From the human T2T-CHM13v2.0 reference genome, Homo sapiens, in NCBI RefSeq assembly GCF_009914755.1, contig NC_060935.1: a stretch of DNA of 64,000 nt, one strand, 5' to 3'. How positions within the stretch are numbered: the first letter of the stretch is position 1; every line of letters starts with the position of its first letter. Made by a program: the position numbers and the translations under genes. Positions 27,385 to 40,683 of this stretch are shown here, piece after piece. The notes beneath the pieces are model-generated. The model was not told the origin of the DNA, did no database searches, and saw nothing but the letters and a program-made list of their open reading frames with translations.

Positions 27385-28690
27385 TAGATTTATTATTGAA
27401 GTAGAAAATACATATAAGCACATAAGCAAATGTACAAATCATAAATAAATTTTTACAAACTTAATTTCTAACTCAAGTTTTACAAACTTAACCTAAGTAA
27501 CCAGAATCCAGATTAAACAGAAACAACAATAACAACAAAATAAAACATTGTCAGGACCCCATAAGAATCCTTCATTCTCTTTTCCTCCATGAACTTCCCC
27601 CAACACACTCAAAGAATGAACAGCTAGTATTCTGACTTCTAACAACATAACGTACAGCTATTTTTGTTACATTATATGAATAAAATCCTATGCATGTTAT
27701 GTTTCCATTCCTGGGTTCTTTCATTCAATATATTGTGACGAGTAGTTCTACATTGCTCATTCTCATTTCTGTGCACAATTGAACATTTTATATATATATA
27801 TATATATACACCACAAATTAGTTATTCATTATTCTAGAGGTTTTATGAATAGTGATGATATGAACATTCTATTGCATGTTTCAATTAACATAAACATGTA
27901 TTTCCATTTGGGTATATTTCTTAGACTGGAATTGCTATGTCATAATATACACATGTTCAGCATTAGTAAATACTTCCAAATGAGTTTACAGAGTAGTTAT
28001 AGCAACGTGCACTCCAATGAGAAAGACATAATAGTCATGATTGTTCACTATCCTTGTCGAGACTTAGCCATTCTGTATGGTGTGGGTATCATTGTCGTTT
28101 CGAGTTTCATTATCCTAATCATGAATTCATTGAGAAGCTTTTCATATGTGCAATGGTCATTTACATATTTTCTTTTGAAAAGTGTTCATGTCTTTTCTCC
28201 ACTTTTACATTGATTTTCATATCAATTATGTATTGATTTGTAAGAATTATTTTCACATTTTGCATGAGTCCTCTGTCAGATACACATGTATATTATTTGA
28301 TAAAGCATGTGTAATAAAATGTTCTCTCCTATTATAAGGATTGCCCTTTTGACACTGTTAATTTTGATGAAAAGGACTTCTTAAAATTGATTAATCTTTA
28401 ATTTTATATGATTATTGCTTTGTTTATTCTGTTTAAAATTTTGTACATACTCCAATATCACAAAGATGTCCCTCATGCTTTCTTCTAAAAGCTTTATTAT
28501 TTGTATTTTATATTTAGATCTTTAAACCATTTGAAATTCATTTTAAATAAGGAATGAGGTAGATGCTCAGATTTTTTAATTCAAAATAGATATATAAATT
28601 GTCTAATGCCATTTATCAAAAAGATCATTCTTTCTTTTTTAGAAAACACTGATGCCTCTATCATGTCAGTTGATACTATATGTGTGAATA
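27385..28690 (-). mobile_element. Old L1ME-type fragment, antisense
   Basis: Degenerate antisense ORF2/3' UTR motifs (TTTGGGTATATTTCTTAGACTGGAATTGCT..., TTTTCTTCTAAAAGCTTTATTATTT). Confidence 0.7.
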
Positions 28691-29139
28691 AGTTGATAGC
28701 ATAGGTTTCCATAAGGCAGCCTGAAAACAAGGATGCCTCTTGGGATATTAAATACTTTTTGTCTTTTCTGTTATGTTTTTTTGTATAAATACAAGTGTCT
28801 TTCTGGGTTGAGTACTCTGGTTTCTACGGTATTTACATTCTGTCTCTGAGGCATGTCTTTACAGGTGAATTTATTTTGGGTTCTCTCTACACGTCTAATT
28901 TAACATTTTGTTTGATCTGCACATATGGGCTAAAAATTTTGACAACACCCTTATCTTGGTTTCTTTTGAATTTATTATTTTATATATGTAAATGATTTGA
29001 CTTATTTGTTTTGCTTGTTCCTGAAAGTTTTCTGAGAGTAAAAATATACAGCCTAAATGCTGGACACGAGATGGCTCATTAAAAGTCACTAAGGCAACAC
29101 CACCAACTAAAACACTGATCTAAACTCCTGACATTTTCT

Positions 29140-30229
29140 TTATTAAATTATTATTATTATTATAATTTAAGTTCTAGGGTACACTTGCACAACATGCAGG
29201 TTTGTTACATATGTATACATGTGCCATGTTCATGTGCTGCGCCCATTAACTCGTCATTTACATTAGGTATATCTCCTAATGCTATCCCTGCCCTCTCCCC
29301 CAACCCCACAAATGGCCCCACTGTGTGATGTTCCCCTTCCTGTGTCCAGGTGTTCTCATTGTTCAGTTCCCACCTATGAGTGAGAACATGCAGTGTTTGG
29401 TTTTCTCTCCTTGCGACGGTTTGCTCAGAATGATGGTTTCCAGCTTCATCCATGTCCCTATAAAGGACATGAACTCATCCTTTTTTATGGCTGCATAGAA
29501 TTCCAAGGTGTATACGTGCCAAATTTTCTTCCTCCAGTCTATCACTGATGGACATTTGGGCTGGTTCCAAGTCTTTGCTATTGTTAATAGTGCCGCAATA
29601 AACATACGTCTGCATGTGTCTGTATAGCAGCATGATTTATAATCCTTTCGGTATATACAGGATGGCTAGGTCAAATGGTATTTCTAGTTCTAGATCCTTG
29701 AGGGATCGCCACACTGTCTTCCACAATGGTTGAACTAATTTACAGTCCCACCAACAGCATAAAAGTGTTCCTATTTGTCCACATCCTCTCCAGCACCTGT
29801 TGTTTCCTGACTTTTTAATGATCGCCATTCTAACTGGCATGAGATGGTATCTCATTGTGGTTTTGATTTGCATTTCTCTGATGATCAGTGATGATGAGCA
29901 TTTTTTCATGCATCTGTTGGCTGCATAAACGTCTTCTTTTGAGAAGTGTCTGTTCATATCCTTCGCCCACTTTTTGATGGGGTTGTTTGATTTTTTTCTT
30001 CTAAATTTGTTTAAGTTCTTTGTAGATTCTGGATATTAGCCCTTTGTCAGATGAGTAGATTGTAAAAATTTTCTCCCATTCTGTAGGTTGCCAGTTCACT
30101 CTGATGGTAGTTTCTTTTGCTGTGCGGAAGCTCTTTAGTTTAATTAGATCCCATTTGTCTATTTTGGCTTTCGTTGTCATTGCTTTTGGTATTTTAGTCA
30201 TGAAGTCCTTGCCCATGCCTATGTCCTGA
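29140..30229 (-). mobile_element. 5'-truncated L1PA (L1PA4/5-like), antisense
   Basis: ORF2 C-terminus and 3' UTR on the minus strand; perfect 18-bp TSD AAACTCCTGACATTTTCT at 29122-29139 and 30230-30247. Confidence 0.95.
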
Positions 30230-32313
30230 AAACTCCTGACATTTTCTAACAGGATTTATAAGCTTCTCTTTTCTCTCAAGAGATTAATAAAAAAAAAAGT
30301 TATTTTCAAATATTGAGGCATGCCAGGTTTTCTAGGATTACAGCCAGCAATATAATATGGTCCATTCTTATATACATTGTTTAATTGATGGGAAAATTAC
30401 ATTGAGAAAAATTAAAAGTTCAAATGGTCATTAGTCAAACCCTTTTAAAAAAATAAAGCCCTGAAACTATAGAATTAACATGTAAATTTGTCAAGGTTTC
30501 CTATTTCTCTATTTTTCTTTTCTGCCTATTTTAAATCTGCTGACTTTTGTATTAGTGTTAAGCCAAAACTCAATTATTATGGCATTCCAGCCAAGACTAT
30601 TTTTAAAAAAATAGATTTTAAAGAATTTTCAAATTAATGGCTTTACAAGCTACAACAGCTTCATGGTAACTTGGAAATATAAATGTAACTGTGTTTGACT
30701 AACAATTAGGGTAGTAGAATAGTTAGTTAAAGGATTAATAGTGTAAAAGAAAAAACTAAATAAAAGTTTATAAAAGTTTGGCTAACAGATCAAACAGGTC
30801 AAACTGTTAAGATCAGGGAAATAATATAAGATGTCTTTGTTAAATAAGATAAAAGTTCACATTGTCTGCAATCAGGGGCCAAAAGGAAAAAGAAAAAAAA
30901 AAAAGGAAAAAAATCCAGACTTACTAAAATGGTTTCCCGCTAATATTTGTCTGGTCAAGAAACACAAGACAGATTCAAGGCTACTCTTAAATTTGTTTTT
31001 CTTATACAACTCAGCCAGTCCTAGCAAAAATGTAAGTTTTAAATATTTAATCCTAAATTTACTTAAAATTAAAAAGAAAGAGAAAAAAGGAAAAAATAGT
31101 GTAAAAAAATTCCAATTGCTATGGAAAGTGCTGCTTTATACAAAATTTTGGTCGACAGCCTTCATTAGATTGCCTATCAGGCAAATAAAATTTAGTTATG
31201 TGAGGAGGTGCCAATTTTATAAAAAATATAATTTGAATCCAACTGTTTTTTTATAAACCAGTGAGTTTCTATAGTTTACTGTCTCATGACCAAATACTAA
31301 AATAAAGACTATAAAATCACTGTGTGTATATATGTGTTTAGGTACACTTATTGATATGTAAATATATTGTTGTATGTTGTACCTATATGGTAAAACCTAG
31401 TGCAGTTGGCCAGACATTCATTATGAAATTTTATTTAAATTGGCTTAAATAAATGAGCACTCATATAAAATTATATGATATAGTAATTAACCAAATGCCT
31501 TTTAGTTCATGTGACATAGGTATATCTTTAATAAATTAACTGATTTTAAAATTATTGGTAAAGTAAGAAAAAAAATCTTCAGGATTGGAAACATACATTT
31601 CTGCCTGAATTTACTGGTCAGACACTTTTATACTTGTCTGGGCTAGATGGTTTAAAGTGTCAAGATTTGACACACAGGTTGTAAAACTATAAACCTAGCC
31701 TAAACCAGAATAATCTTTCTGTAACTCTTTGATACATAAGGGTAATTTTATATTGTCAGTTTAATGAAAACCACTGTATTTTTTGAATTATTGATAAAAT
31801 ACTCATATAATTAAAGTTCTTAAGTGAACACCTGAGAGTCACAGGCTATAATAATAATTGATAGGAAAATAATTTAAAAATATTCTAGTTTTGTTTAATA
31901 TGTCAATTCTCATAGATAACACAGGTAAACTGTTAAAGTTAAATAAAATTTAAGTAAATGAGATAAATGCTTATAAATAAACTTTTCATGTAATTTAAAA
32001 TTGTAAAGTTATGTTATGTTAAATTAAGTAATAAATATTCACTAAATAACTGGGTCATTTGCAAATTTTAGAAAATCAAACTGATTGTTAAACAAAATAC
32101 TTTTATTCATGGTTTCTTAAATTATATAGAAATAGTAAATATACTAGAGTCTATCAGTACATACAAAAATTATGCTATAGGAAAACATGTTTCAAAATAT
32201 ATAAAATGGCTTCCATTCCATAAAATACTGATAAATGACAGATGGTTTAACACTGCTTGGTAGAAATTAGGTTGCTAAGAGTTAAAATTCTAATTAATAT
32301 GTATATAATTCTG

Positions 32314-32612
32314 GGACAGAAACAGTGACTCACGCCTGTAATCCCAACACTTTGGGAGGCCACCTCCTGAGGTCAGGAATTAAAGGCCAGCCTAGCCAAC
32401 ATGGAAAAACCCCGTCTTTACTAAAAATACAAAAATTAGCTGGGCGTGGTGGCACATGCCTGTGATCCCAGCTACTCAGGAGGCTGAGACAGGAGAATCA
32501 CTTGAACCTGGTAGGCAGAGGCTGCTACGAGCCGAGATCGCATCTCCGCGCTCCAGTCTGGGCAACAGAGCGAGACTCTGTCTCAAAAAATAAAAATAAA
32601 AATAAATAAAAC
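32314..32612 (+). mobile_element. AluS with small internal deletion
   Basis: Alu arms plus A-tail; TSD ATATAATTCTG. Confidence 0.92.
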
Positions 32613-33471
32613 AACAACAGTCAAAATCAATATAATTCTGTATAGAAAATGTATTAAAAACAAGATTTTTTGACAAAAAACTATTTACAAACCTAAAATA
32701 TGTTCTTTTAAAAATAATATTGCATAATTCAGAGGTTTTTTAAAGATTATTTCAACAAATAGATTTAGGAAGAAAATTAAAACAAGACAAAAACTAGTAA
32801 ATAGTTGAGAGAGATGTGACAAAAGTTATGGGTAAGAAAATGTATTTTTGGCAAAGAAGGTTAAAAAATTTTGTAGAAAAAAAATCTCGTGTGATAATTT
32901 TTGTACTAAAGTAAAATGCTTATTTTAAAAGGAGCAAGCATAGGACAAAATTAAAATTCCAAACATGTCAACAATGGTCTGAATAAATCATGAAAATAAT
33001 TTTAAAGAGGAATTTATAAAATAAATTTTGTTTGTAATCAAGTTCTCTATAACTAAATGTATAAATATATTTATAAGTTATTCAGTATTAAATAAACTAA
33101 TATAAAACTAAATCTTTGTCCCTTATGGTAAAACAATATGGTTTTATTGAAATGTTGATTTGCTTTTAATAAAATTGCAAAAAGTTTTGATTTTTAATTT
33201 TGAAATCTGTTTCTGTAACAGTCATTTTCTAAACTGCAAACACTATCTATTTCTGCCAAATTTCTTTCTGAGATCCAATTAATTTTCCTAATTTCTGGTT
33301 GGAAATGCTGTATTTTTTTATTTAAAATGAGAATGTTACTTCTATAGGTAGATTTCTCCTCTTAAAGTATTTTAGATTCATATTTTGAAGTTCAATTTTT
33401 GCTATATCTCACTGCACGTGATTTTCAGGTTATTATTGCCTTCAGTTTTCCTTCTTTCTCCTTTTGAGAAG

Positions 33472-34185
33472 GTAATTTGTTCAGTTGTCTGTCTTTTCCA
33501 CATCTGCATTCTGACCAGAAGGTAATTTGAGGTTTTTCTGCAGGACATGATCATCTGCAGGCTTTGCGGTTTTATAGTAGTTCTTCTTGGGCTCCATAAT
33601 CTCAAAGCCAAACTTCCTGTAGAAGTCAATTGCCGACTCACTGCTGATCTGGACATGCAGATAGATGTCAAAAGTGCCATCTTTTTCACATGTTTAAGAC
33701 ATGAATTAACATTGTAGTTCCTATTCCTAGCCTTTGGTAAGGTGCCAGATATCCAAGTGTCATGATGTAAAGTCTTTTCTGATTCTGTGAATGAGCCACC
33801 CTAGAGTACACTGCACCTACAGGAACATCACTGAAATAGGCAAGTTTTGATCGTTCACCACCTCCATCACATCCTTGTAGAACTTACCATTGTAGCTGAC
33901 TGAAAAGATAACCCGATTCCTTCTCTTCAACTGTTTAATATTGTGTGGTGTCCCATCTCCCAGCTCCATCCAGCTACCTTTCATCCTCCCCACCTGCTGA
34001 GGCTTTTGTTATCACCAATAGCAACTCAGTCATAGTTGCTGCCCTCAGCTCAAGACACTCAACCACACAAGATGGCCTCCTCACCCGGGCAGGGAGCTGA
34101 GCAGGTGACAGAGGCAGTGCGTCCCTAAGTCTCCTGAGGGGGGTGAGAGTGTCTCGCACCACTGTGCTGGTGCCACTGCTTCTCC
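33472..34185 (-). pseudogene. Processed pseudogene of NAA50 (N-alpha-acetyltransferase 50, NatE catalytic subunit); probably the locus named NAA50P1
   Basis: Minus strand from ATG 33984 to TGA 33481 reads MKGSWMELGDGTPHNIKQLKRRNRVIFSVSYNGKFYKDVME/..AYFSDVPVGAVYSRVAHSQNQKRLYIMTLGYLAPYQRLGIGTTMLIHVLN/CEKDGTFDIYLHVQISSESAIDFYRKFGFEIMEPKKNYYKTAKPADDHVLQKNLKLPSGQNADVEKTDN*. This is collinear with the 169-aa NAA50 and intronless, with 1-, 2- and 3-nt deletions (504 vs 510 nt). About 200 nt of GC-richer 5'UTR-like sequence precedes it. Confidence 0.93.
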
Positions 34186-34519
34186 ACACATGCAAATGGG
34201 GCTCTTGGCTCTAAAATGAAGATTTTCTGATCTATAATTAACTTTGAAATTTTCCACTTGGGCCCATATGTCAAGAACATATGTCTTGCTAAATGATTAG
34301 TTTTATTTAGTAAAGTATAAGGGGGAAACATTGTCAAATACTAAGTGATGTTAAATCTTCTTTCAGTTACATTCAGGGGCATGTTATCTATACTTGTTTT
34401 AAAATCTACATAAACTTATGAAAATCTAATATGTTAGCAGTCATAATTTTGGTTGATAAGCTTAATCTTCTTTAAAGTTATATTTATATGGATGTATTAT
34501 TGATGTGAGCATTTTATGA

Positions 34520-34829
<310 letters not shown>

Positions 34830-36638
34830 AGTTGTGTCACATTTATAAAAGTCTGATAGCCCTGATGTGATTCAGCCAGTCATAATTCTGATTGATATTT
34901 TAAAATGTAATAGGTAATAATAAATAAATTTCCTTGTCAATTGAAAACTTTCATCAGATTTTTATCCATGACTATTCTAACTTTTTGTCATTCACAATTA
35001 TTGCTTTAAATTCTTCTCTAAAAGTATTTACAATTAACTATAATCCAAAATTGCCTTTCATGGAAAAGACTTTAACAAGTATTCTTGAGTAGATTTATGA
35101 CAACCTTAAAGGCAATGAAATAAATAAAAATGTCTAGAACTCTGATTTAAAAAACTTATAGGTTCATAAAACTTATGGGTTCATAAAACTGCTAATCAAG
35201 ATCAAGCAATATAAAAATAACTGATGAAAATAGTTTTTATTATTTTATTTAAAACGTTGTTTAAAACATTGATTCTTTACTTAAATGGTTTGTTTTCAAG
35301 ATTTAAGAAAAATTTCTCTCATAAGCTATAATTTACACAAATTTGGTAAAGGATAATTTTGTGAAAAAATTGAAAGCATTTGATTTCTCTCCCAATTTAA
35401 TTCCTTGAAAATTCAAAAACTATTCATAAGTATTCTTACTTTTAATGACAATCTATATAATAACATAATTTCAATAAAAATCTGATTTATCTTTACAGGA
35501 GGACACAATTAGAAATATTGGTCATATTACCATGGATTTGACTGAAAATATGTCATATTTGAAAATTTGCATAAAATACCAGATTTCAACAGCTCCCTGC
35601 CTTACAGGGAATTAAGTAAAAATTATCACTTCTTGACAGGCCTAGGAACCTTAAGATTGTAAGTATGTAAACAAAATCCAAGGTCTGCCTTGGTTTGGCT
35701 TTCTAGCTTAAGAAGTTTTTAAATCTGAGATTTTTAGGTGATCAAGGCAGAGAAAAAGTCATGTTTCTAAAGCAAAGGTATAATATATCCATTATTCGGT
35801 TATAGCACTTTGCATTGTTTTTAAGTTCTTGTTATTTACCTGTAGACTACACTAAATTTTCAAGTCTTCTAGATTCTCCCAATACAACTTTCTTCTATAG
35901 AATTACTGAAAACAAAAACTTTTTTGTTCCAAAAGCCCTATAAGCTGAAACTAGATAAATTTTAAGGAACAAGCCTCCTGCCTCATATACGGGCCACAGA
36001 AAATGTTTACCAAACCACCTGATATTGTAATCAGTTATAGTCAAACTACAAACCATGACAAAAAGTTGATGTCTTAATGCCGTAGGCAGCTTTTCCCACA
36101 ATGTCAGAATAAAACTCTATAATGGGGCTCACTATTCTCAGGCCTACCTTTTTCATTTGGCAGCATAAATGGCATTTGATTTATTCAATTGGTTGTCTTT
36201 AAGCCTAGGATCAAAACTATTATACAAATTGGGACTTTCATACTACTGTTAATTTTACTTTGTGTTTTCCACTTTTAAACTTTGTGTGCTACTCGTTGAA
36301 TTTTTTCCAGAAATACAATTTCTAACAAAACAATGCTTACTCAGCACTTTCAGATGATGGCAAAAAGATTATGAAACAGACAGAACTGAACTTAATAATG
36401 AATTCCAGGTAGACTTAGCCTGTGAGTCTCTTCCTTCAAAACTCTCATGTTGCTCAAATATGGCTAATGGGGTTTTGTCATTAACTCACAGTCAGTAAGC
36501 ACTCTCTCCAATGTGAGATGGGATCAGGAATGCAGAACAAGTCTATTTTTATTTTGGCACCAAGAAACATCAAAACTTAATGACAGTATGACTTACTAGT
36601 GGTGCTTTTGGAAGAATATTTTGATCAAAAGGGGGAAA

Positions 36639-37087
36639 TGTGAAAGCTGTCAGAATCAAAATGGAGTTACTTCTGTTTAAAAAATTAAAAAACAACAAAC
36701 ACACATACACACAAACTGACGAAGCCTTAGAAGGCATGGAGAGAAGGTTCTCAGGCTTGTATGCCTGATAGCAAAAATATCACAAATGACGGCAAAAATC
36801 ACAACCTTGCACAAAGGCCATCACAACTTTAAAAATATATATACTTCTCCAAGGACATCTCTCCAGCAACTGCCTGTCCAACCTCAGACTAGTATCACTC
36901 TTATTACTGATTTTTGAAGCCAAAGGTAATATTCCTCATTTTTTTCTCTATAAAACCCTTTGTCTTCCTTTTTCTCTCTGAATATGCACATAATTTACTA
37001 TGGCACTTGCCTTCTCATTGCAATGCTGTAATCCTGAATAAATATTATTCTCTTTTAGAGAGCCTCTCTCTGTTATTTAGGTTGACA
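36639..37087 (+). mobile_element. 3' LTR of the ERV (LTR47/MER72-like, about 450 bp)
   Basis: Starts TGTGAAAGCTGTCAGAATCAAAATGGAG right after the PPT; TATA-like TATAAAA at about 36949, AATAAA at about 37037, ends TTAGGTTGACA. Confidence 0.85.
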
Positions 37088-37414
37088 TGCCCCCTGGGGT
37101 GATTAACATATAGACCAGAGCTGACAATTTAATTGTTCTATCTTGCTTCTTTGAAAACTTATCTGCTTGGTTGATTGAGTTAATTCATCACATATGAATA
37201 AAAGTGCCACAAGTGGTATATGAGTGTGTATGTTTATATGTGTATATACTTTTGCAACATTAAAACCAACTGATTTTTATTTTTTATTCAAAGAAGGCCA
37301 TGTGTATACTTTGTTTACATAAATTTTATAGTAAATAATGTAGAAAGGATATATAGCATGTCAACTTTTGTAAGACTATACCATTGAGCACTAATGAATA
37401 AGACAGGTACAGGA

Positions 37415-37839
37415 ATCTATCTGAACATGTCACATTCCATGGAAAAGGGAATTTGCTGATGTGATTAAGAATCATGAGATGAGGAGGATTTTATGGATTA
37501 TCTGTGTGAGTCCAAGACAATCACAGGGGAGAGAGGGAAGAAGAGGGTGAAAGGCAGAGGGGACACAGCAGTGGAAGCAGAGGTCAGAGTGATGAGATTG
37601 CTGACTGGAAGGAGAACATAAGCCAATTGCTGTAGGCAACCTCTAGAACCTGGAAAAAGCAAGAAAATAGATTGTCCCGGAGATTCCAGTAGGAATACAG
37701 ACTGCCAACACCTTGGTTTTAACCTCATGAGATCCACTTTGACTTTCTGACCCCTAGAAATGTGGGATAATAAATTTGGGTTGTTCCAAGCTACTATGTT
37801 TGTAGTGATTTCTTACAGTAGCAATAGAAAACGAATACA
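37415..37839 (+). mobile_element. MaLR solo LTR (MLT1C/D-like)
   Basis: CATGGAAAAGGGAATTTGCTGATGTGATTAAG...CTGCCAACACCTTGGTTTT...GCAATAGAAAACGAATACA. Confidence 0.85.
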
Positions 37840-39223
37840 AGAGACAACATCATTATTTTTACAAAATACACATGTGTAAGCCAAATTAAAAGGTAGAAAA
37901 CACTGGAGTACTTCTTACTGACCTTAACTAATTTAGTAATATGTATAACATTGGTATAAATGCAAGTGTGAGTTTAGCCCTGTTACTCCAATGCTATTCA
38001 TCTAGCCAGACCCAAAAGAATTGTTTCTAATGGGAAGTATAGTTCTCCAGTTACAATTATATCAGTTGATGAAGCCAAATACACATATCATAAAGTAGAA
38101 AAAGATACACAAATAAACAGATAAGTAACATAAAGGCAAATGCCATAGAACTATTATTAATGTTGCCCTTGAGACCAGAAATATCCCTCATATAGTGTGA
38201 TTTTTCCTGTCTTCAGTGATTCTGCTCCTTTAAGGCTAAAGTTAGAAGTTGAAATATTGATTTGAGTCACACAGTCCCCGGATTGAGTATGCTTCTAACC
38301 TTCCTGAAAATATTATAACTGTACTTTATTTCCAGACACTACCTTTATTTCACATATAAGTGCCACTCTCCCTCACTCCATCATGCATTAGTAGCCTTTT
38401 ACATGCAAAGAGATGTAGTTCATAGTAACTACTAACTTAAAAAAAAACAGGAGGACATCTTTAAGAAAATATTATTTTTAAAAAATTTTGTCTGATAAAA
38501 TTTCATTTCAAATTACACTGAATGAAAATGCTAAAAGTAGTTGTGTTTGGTATTATAGTTTCATAACAAAGGCAATTAACTTTACACAAATGTTTTATGA
38601 TGAGATGGAAAAAAGTTGTGTGTCTTATTTGAGAGAACATCAACATTTAGCTTTGGGTGCACACACCAACTGAGAACAATGAAAAAAGAAAATCCCCTTT
38701 AAAAATTTGTTAGCCTGTTTTCCCTTAAGTCTTATTTCCATGTGTAGTTTTTCTGTGATAAAAAATTTATTTTTAAATACAAGATAAAAATGGTTCCACA
38801 AAAGTTGAACTTGATGGATAAAATGCTACAAAACTAAAAATATAATTTTTAGTAGCTGAACAAAAGATGTCTCTTGCAAGGAGGATGATCTGAGTTTTGA
38901 CCACCTTCCAAGAAATGATGCCACATACCTCCACACGCACTATCAGGCATTCTTTTCCTTGTTTGGAAATTATTTTAAAAACCCTTTAGTGGCTTACATT
39001 TTATCTATAAGTTATCTATAAACTGTGATTATTTTCAAATTATTTTTATTAATTATAGATATTGTTTTCTTGTTTGCGTATGTGAGGTTGACATAAGAAC
39101 AATTAAACATTTCCCACTGAAATGAATGGAATTTCTAAAAATTTCTTGACACTTTTTTTTAAAACACAGCAGTTTTCAGGAAAAAACGAAAAGCACTAAA
39201 GGAAGATAGTTTTAGCTTTACAT

Positions 39224-40171
39224 TTACATTAGTTTGAGTGATCGGCATGGGTTATCTAGGAACCTCTTTAGTGCATCCTTCACGTTCTTGTTCCTGAGGC
39301 TGTAGATTAGAGGGTTCAGCACTGGTATCACCAGGGTGTAGAAGACCGAAGCCATTTTGTCAGTATCTAATGAATGATTACTCCTTGGTTGCAAATACAT
39401 GAAAAGGAGAGTCCCATAGAACACAACCACAGCTATCATGTGAGAAGCACAGGTGGAAAAGGCTTTTTGTCGTCCTTCTGAGGAACGTATCCTCAAAATG
39501 GTAATAACAATGTTGAAGTAGGATATCAGAACAACGATCATGGAGAAAAGCAAGTTGGTCCCTGAAAAGATAAAGACTGCTGTTTCTGGAATGTAGGTAT
39601 CAGAACAGGACAATGCTAGCAAAGGGACATCATCACAGTAAAAATGGTTGATAATGTTGGAAGAACAGTATGACACAGAGAACACACAGGAAGAGACAGT
39701 CAGTGCTGTGATAAGACTCTGAAGGTATGTGAGGGACACCAGCAGACGACACACCTTTGGAGACACCACTACGGCGTAGAGCAGAGGGCTCCAAATAGCC
39801 ACATAGCGGTCATAGGCCATTGCAGCCAGCATGAAAATCTCAGCCACAATGAAAACCAAGAATCCACCCAGTTGGGCTGCACATCCATAGTATGATATGG
39901 TTTTCTTGGTAACCAGGAAGTTAACCAGCATTTTAGGGGCAACGACAGTAGAATTGCAAAGATTAATAATAGCCAAGTGTCAGAGGAAAAAGTACATGGG
40001 GGTTTGAAGTTGAGGGTCAACACTGGTGAGGGTGATGATGCCCAGGTTCCCTGCCACGGTCAGCAAATAGAGCACCAGGAAGACCAGGAAGAGGGGAATC
40101 TGGAGCTCCGGATCATCTGAGACTCCCACAAGAATGAACTCCGTCACCCATGTGAGATTTCCTGAAGCCAT
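39224..40171 (-). pseudogene. OR8J2: Olfactory receptor 8J2, nonsense allele (codon 64 TGA); segregating pseudogene
   Basis: 948-nt frame [12 protein letters not shown]...PMYFFL*HLAIINLCNS...PVLNPLIYSLRNKNVK...LKLM with a single in-frame TGA at 39980-39982 where the paralog in this window has Arg (FFLRHLA). Acceptor AG at 40197-40198. Confidence 0.9.
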
Positions 40172-40393
40172 TTGTATTGTTGGCTTCATCTTTTACCTGA
40201 AAAAGTTGAAAGAAATCAATTGATGATAACATTGATGTTTCTGTTAGATGCTAGGTTGTTAAATATTTCATTTGAAATCAGTTTATTTTGTTTTACAAAC
40301 TCTTACAAGTTTCAGAACCTAATTGTTTTTCTCCCCATGTTTTCATAAACTTCAGAAATAAAAACTCCCCAGACAATTAAGAGTCTTAAAACT

Positions 40394-40683
40394 GGCCGGG
40401 CGTGGTGGCTCACGCCTGTAATCCCAGCACTTTGGGAGGCCGAGGCGGGCGGATCACGAGGTCAGGAGATCGAGACCATCCTGGCTAACACGGTGAAACC
40501 CCGTCTCTACTAAAAAACACGAAAAATCAGCCGGGTGTGGTGGTGTGCGCCTGTAGTCCTAGCTACTCGGGAGGCTGAGGCAGGAGGATGCTGCGAACCT
40601 GGGAGGCGGAGCTTGCAGTGGTGCCACTGCACTCCAGCCTGGGCGACAGAGCGAGACTCCGTCTCAAAAAAAAAAAAAAAAAA
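40394..40683 (+). mobile_element. AluY, in the presumed OR8J2 5' intron
   Basis: CpG-rich full Alu with a roughly 10-bp internal deletion; TSD AAGAGTCTTAAAACT. Confidence 0.96.

Noticed and set aside
30831-31256. 141-aa Lys-rich ORF inside the ERV
   Set aside because: A-rich low complexity with no gag/pol/env motifs.
33402-33689. 95-aa ORF MKKMALLTS...
   Set aside because: Out-of-frame reading of the NAA50 pseudogene 3' half. The frame from the true ATG shifts after about 41 codons and stops after 55 codons, so no functional acetyltransferase.
34186-34400. Possible non-inverted 3' half of a twin-primed NAA50 retrocopy
   Set aside because: Sequence resembles the ERV internal region, not a 3'UTR, and no poly(A) or TSD follows.
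40172-40189. Upstream in-frame ATG (MKPTIQ) for OR8J2
   Set aside because: Could add 6 aa, but the OR-typical start with the NLT sequon is at 40171, and neither start bypasses the TGA at codon 64.
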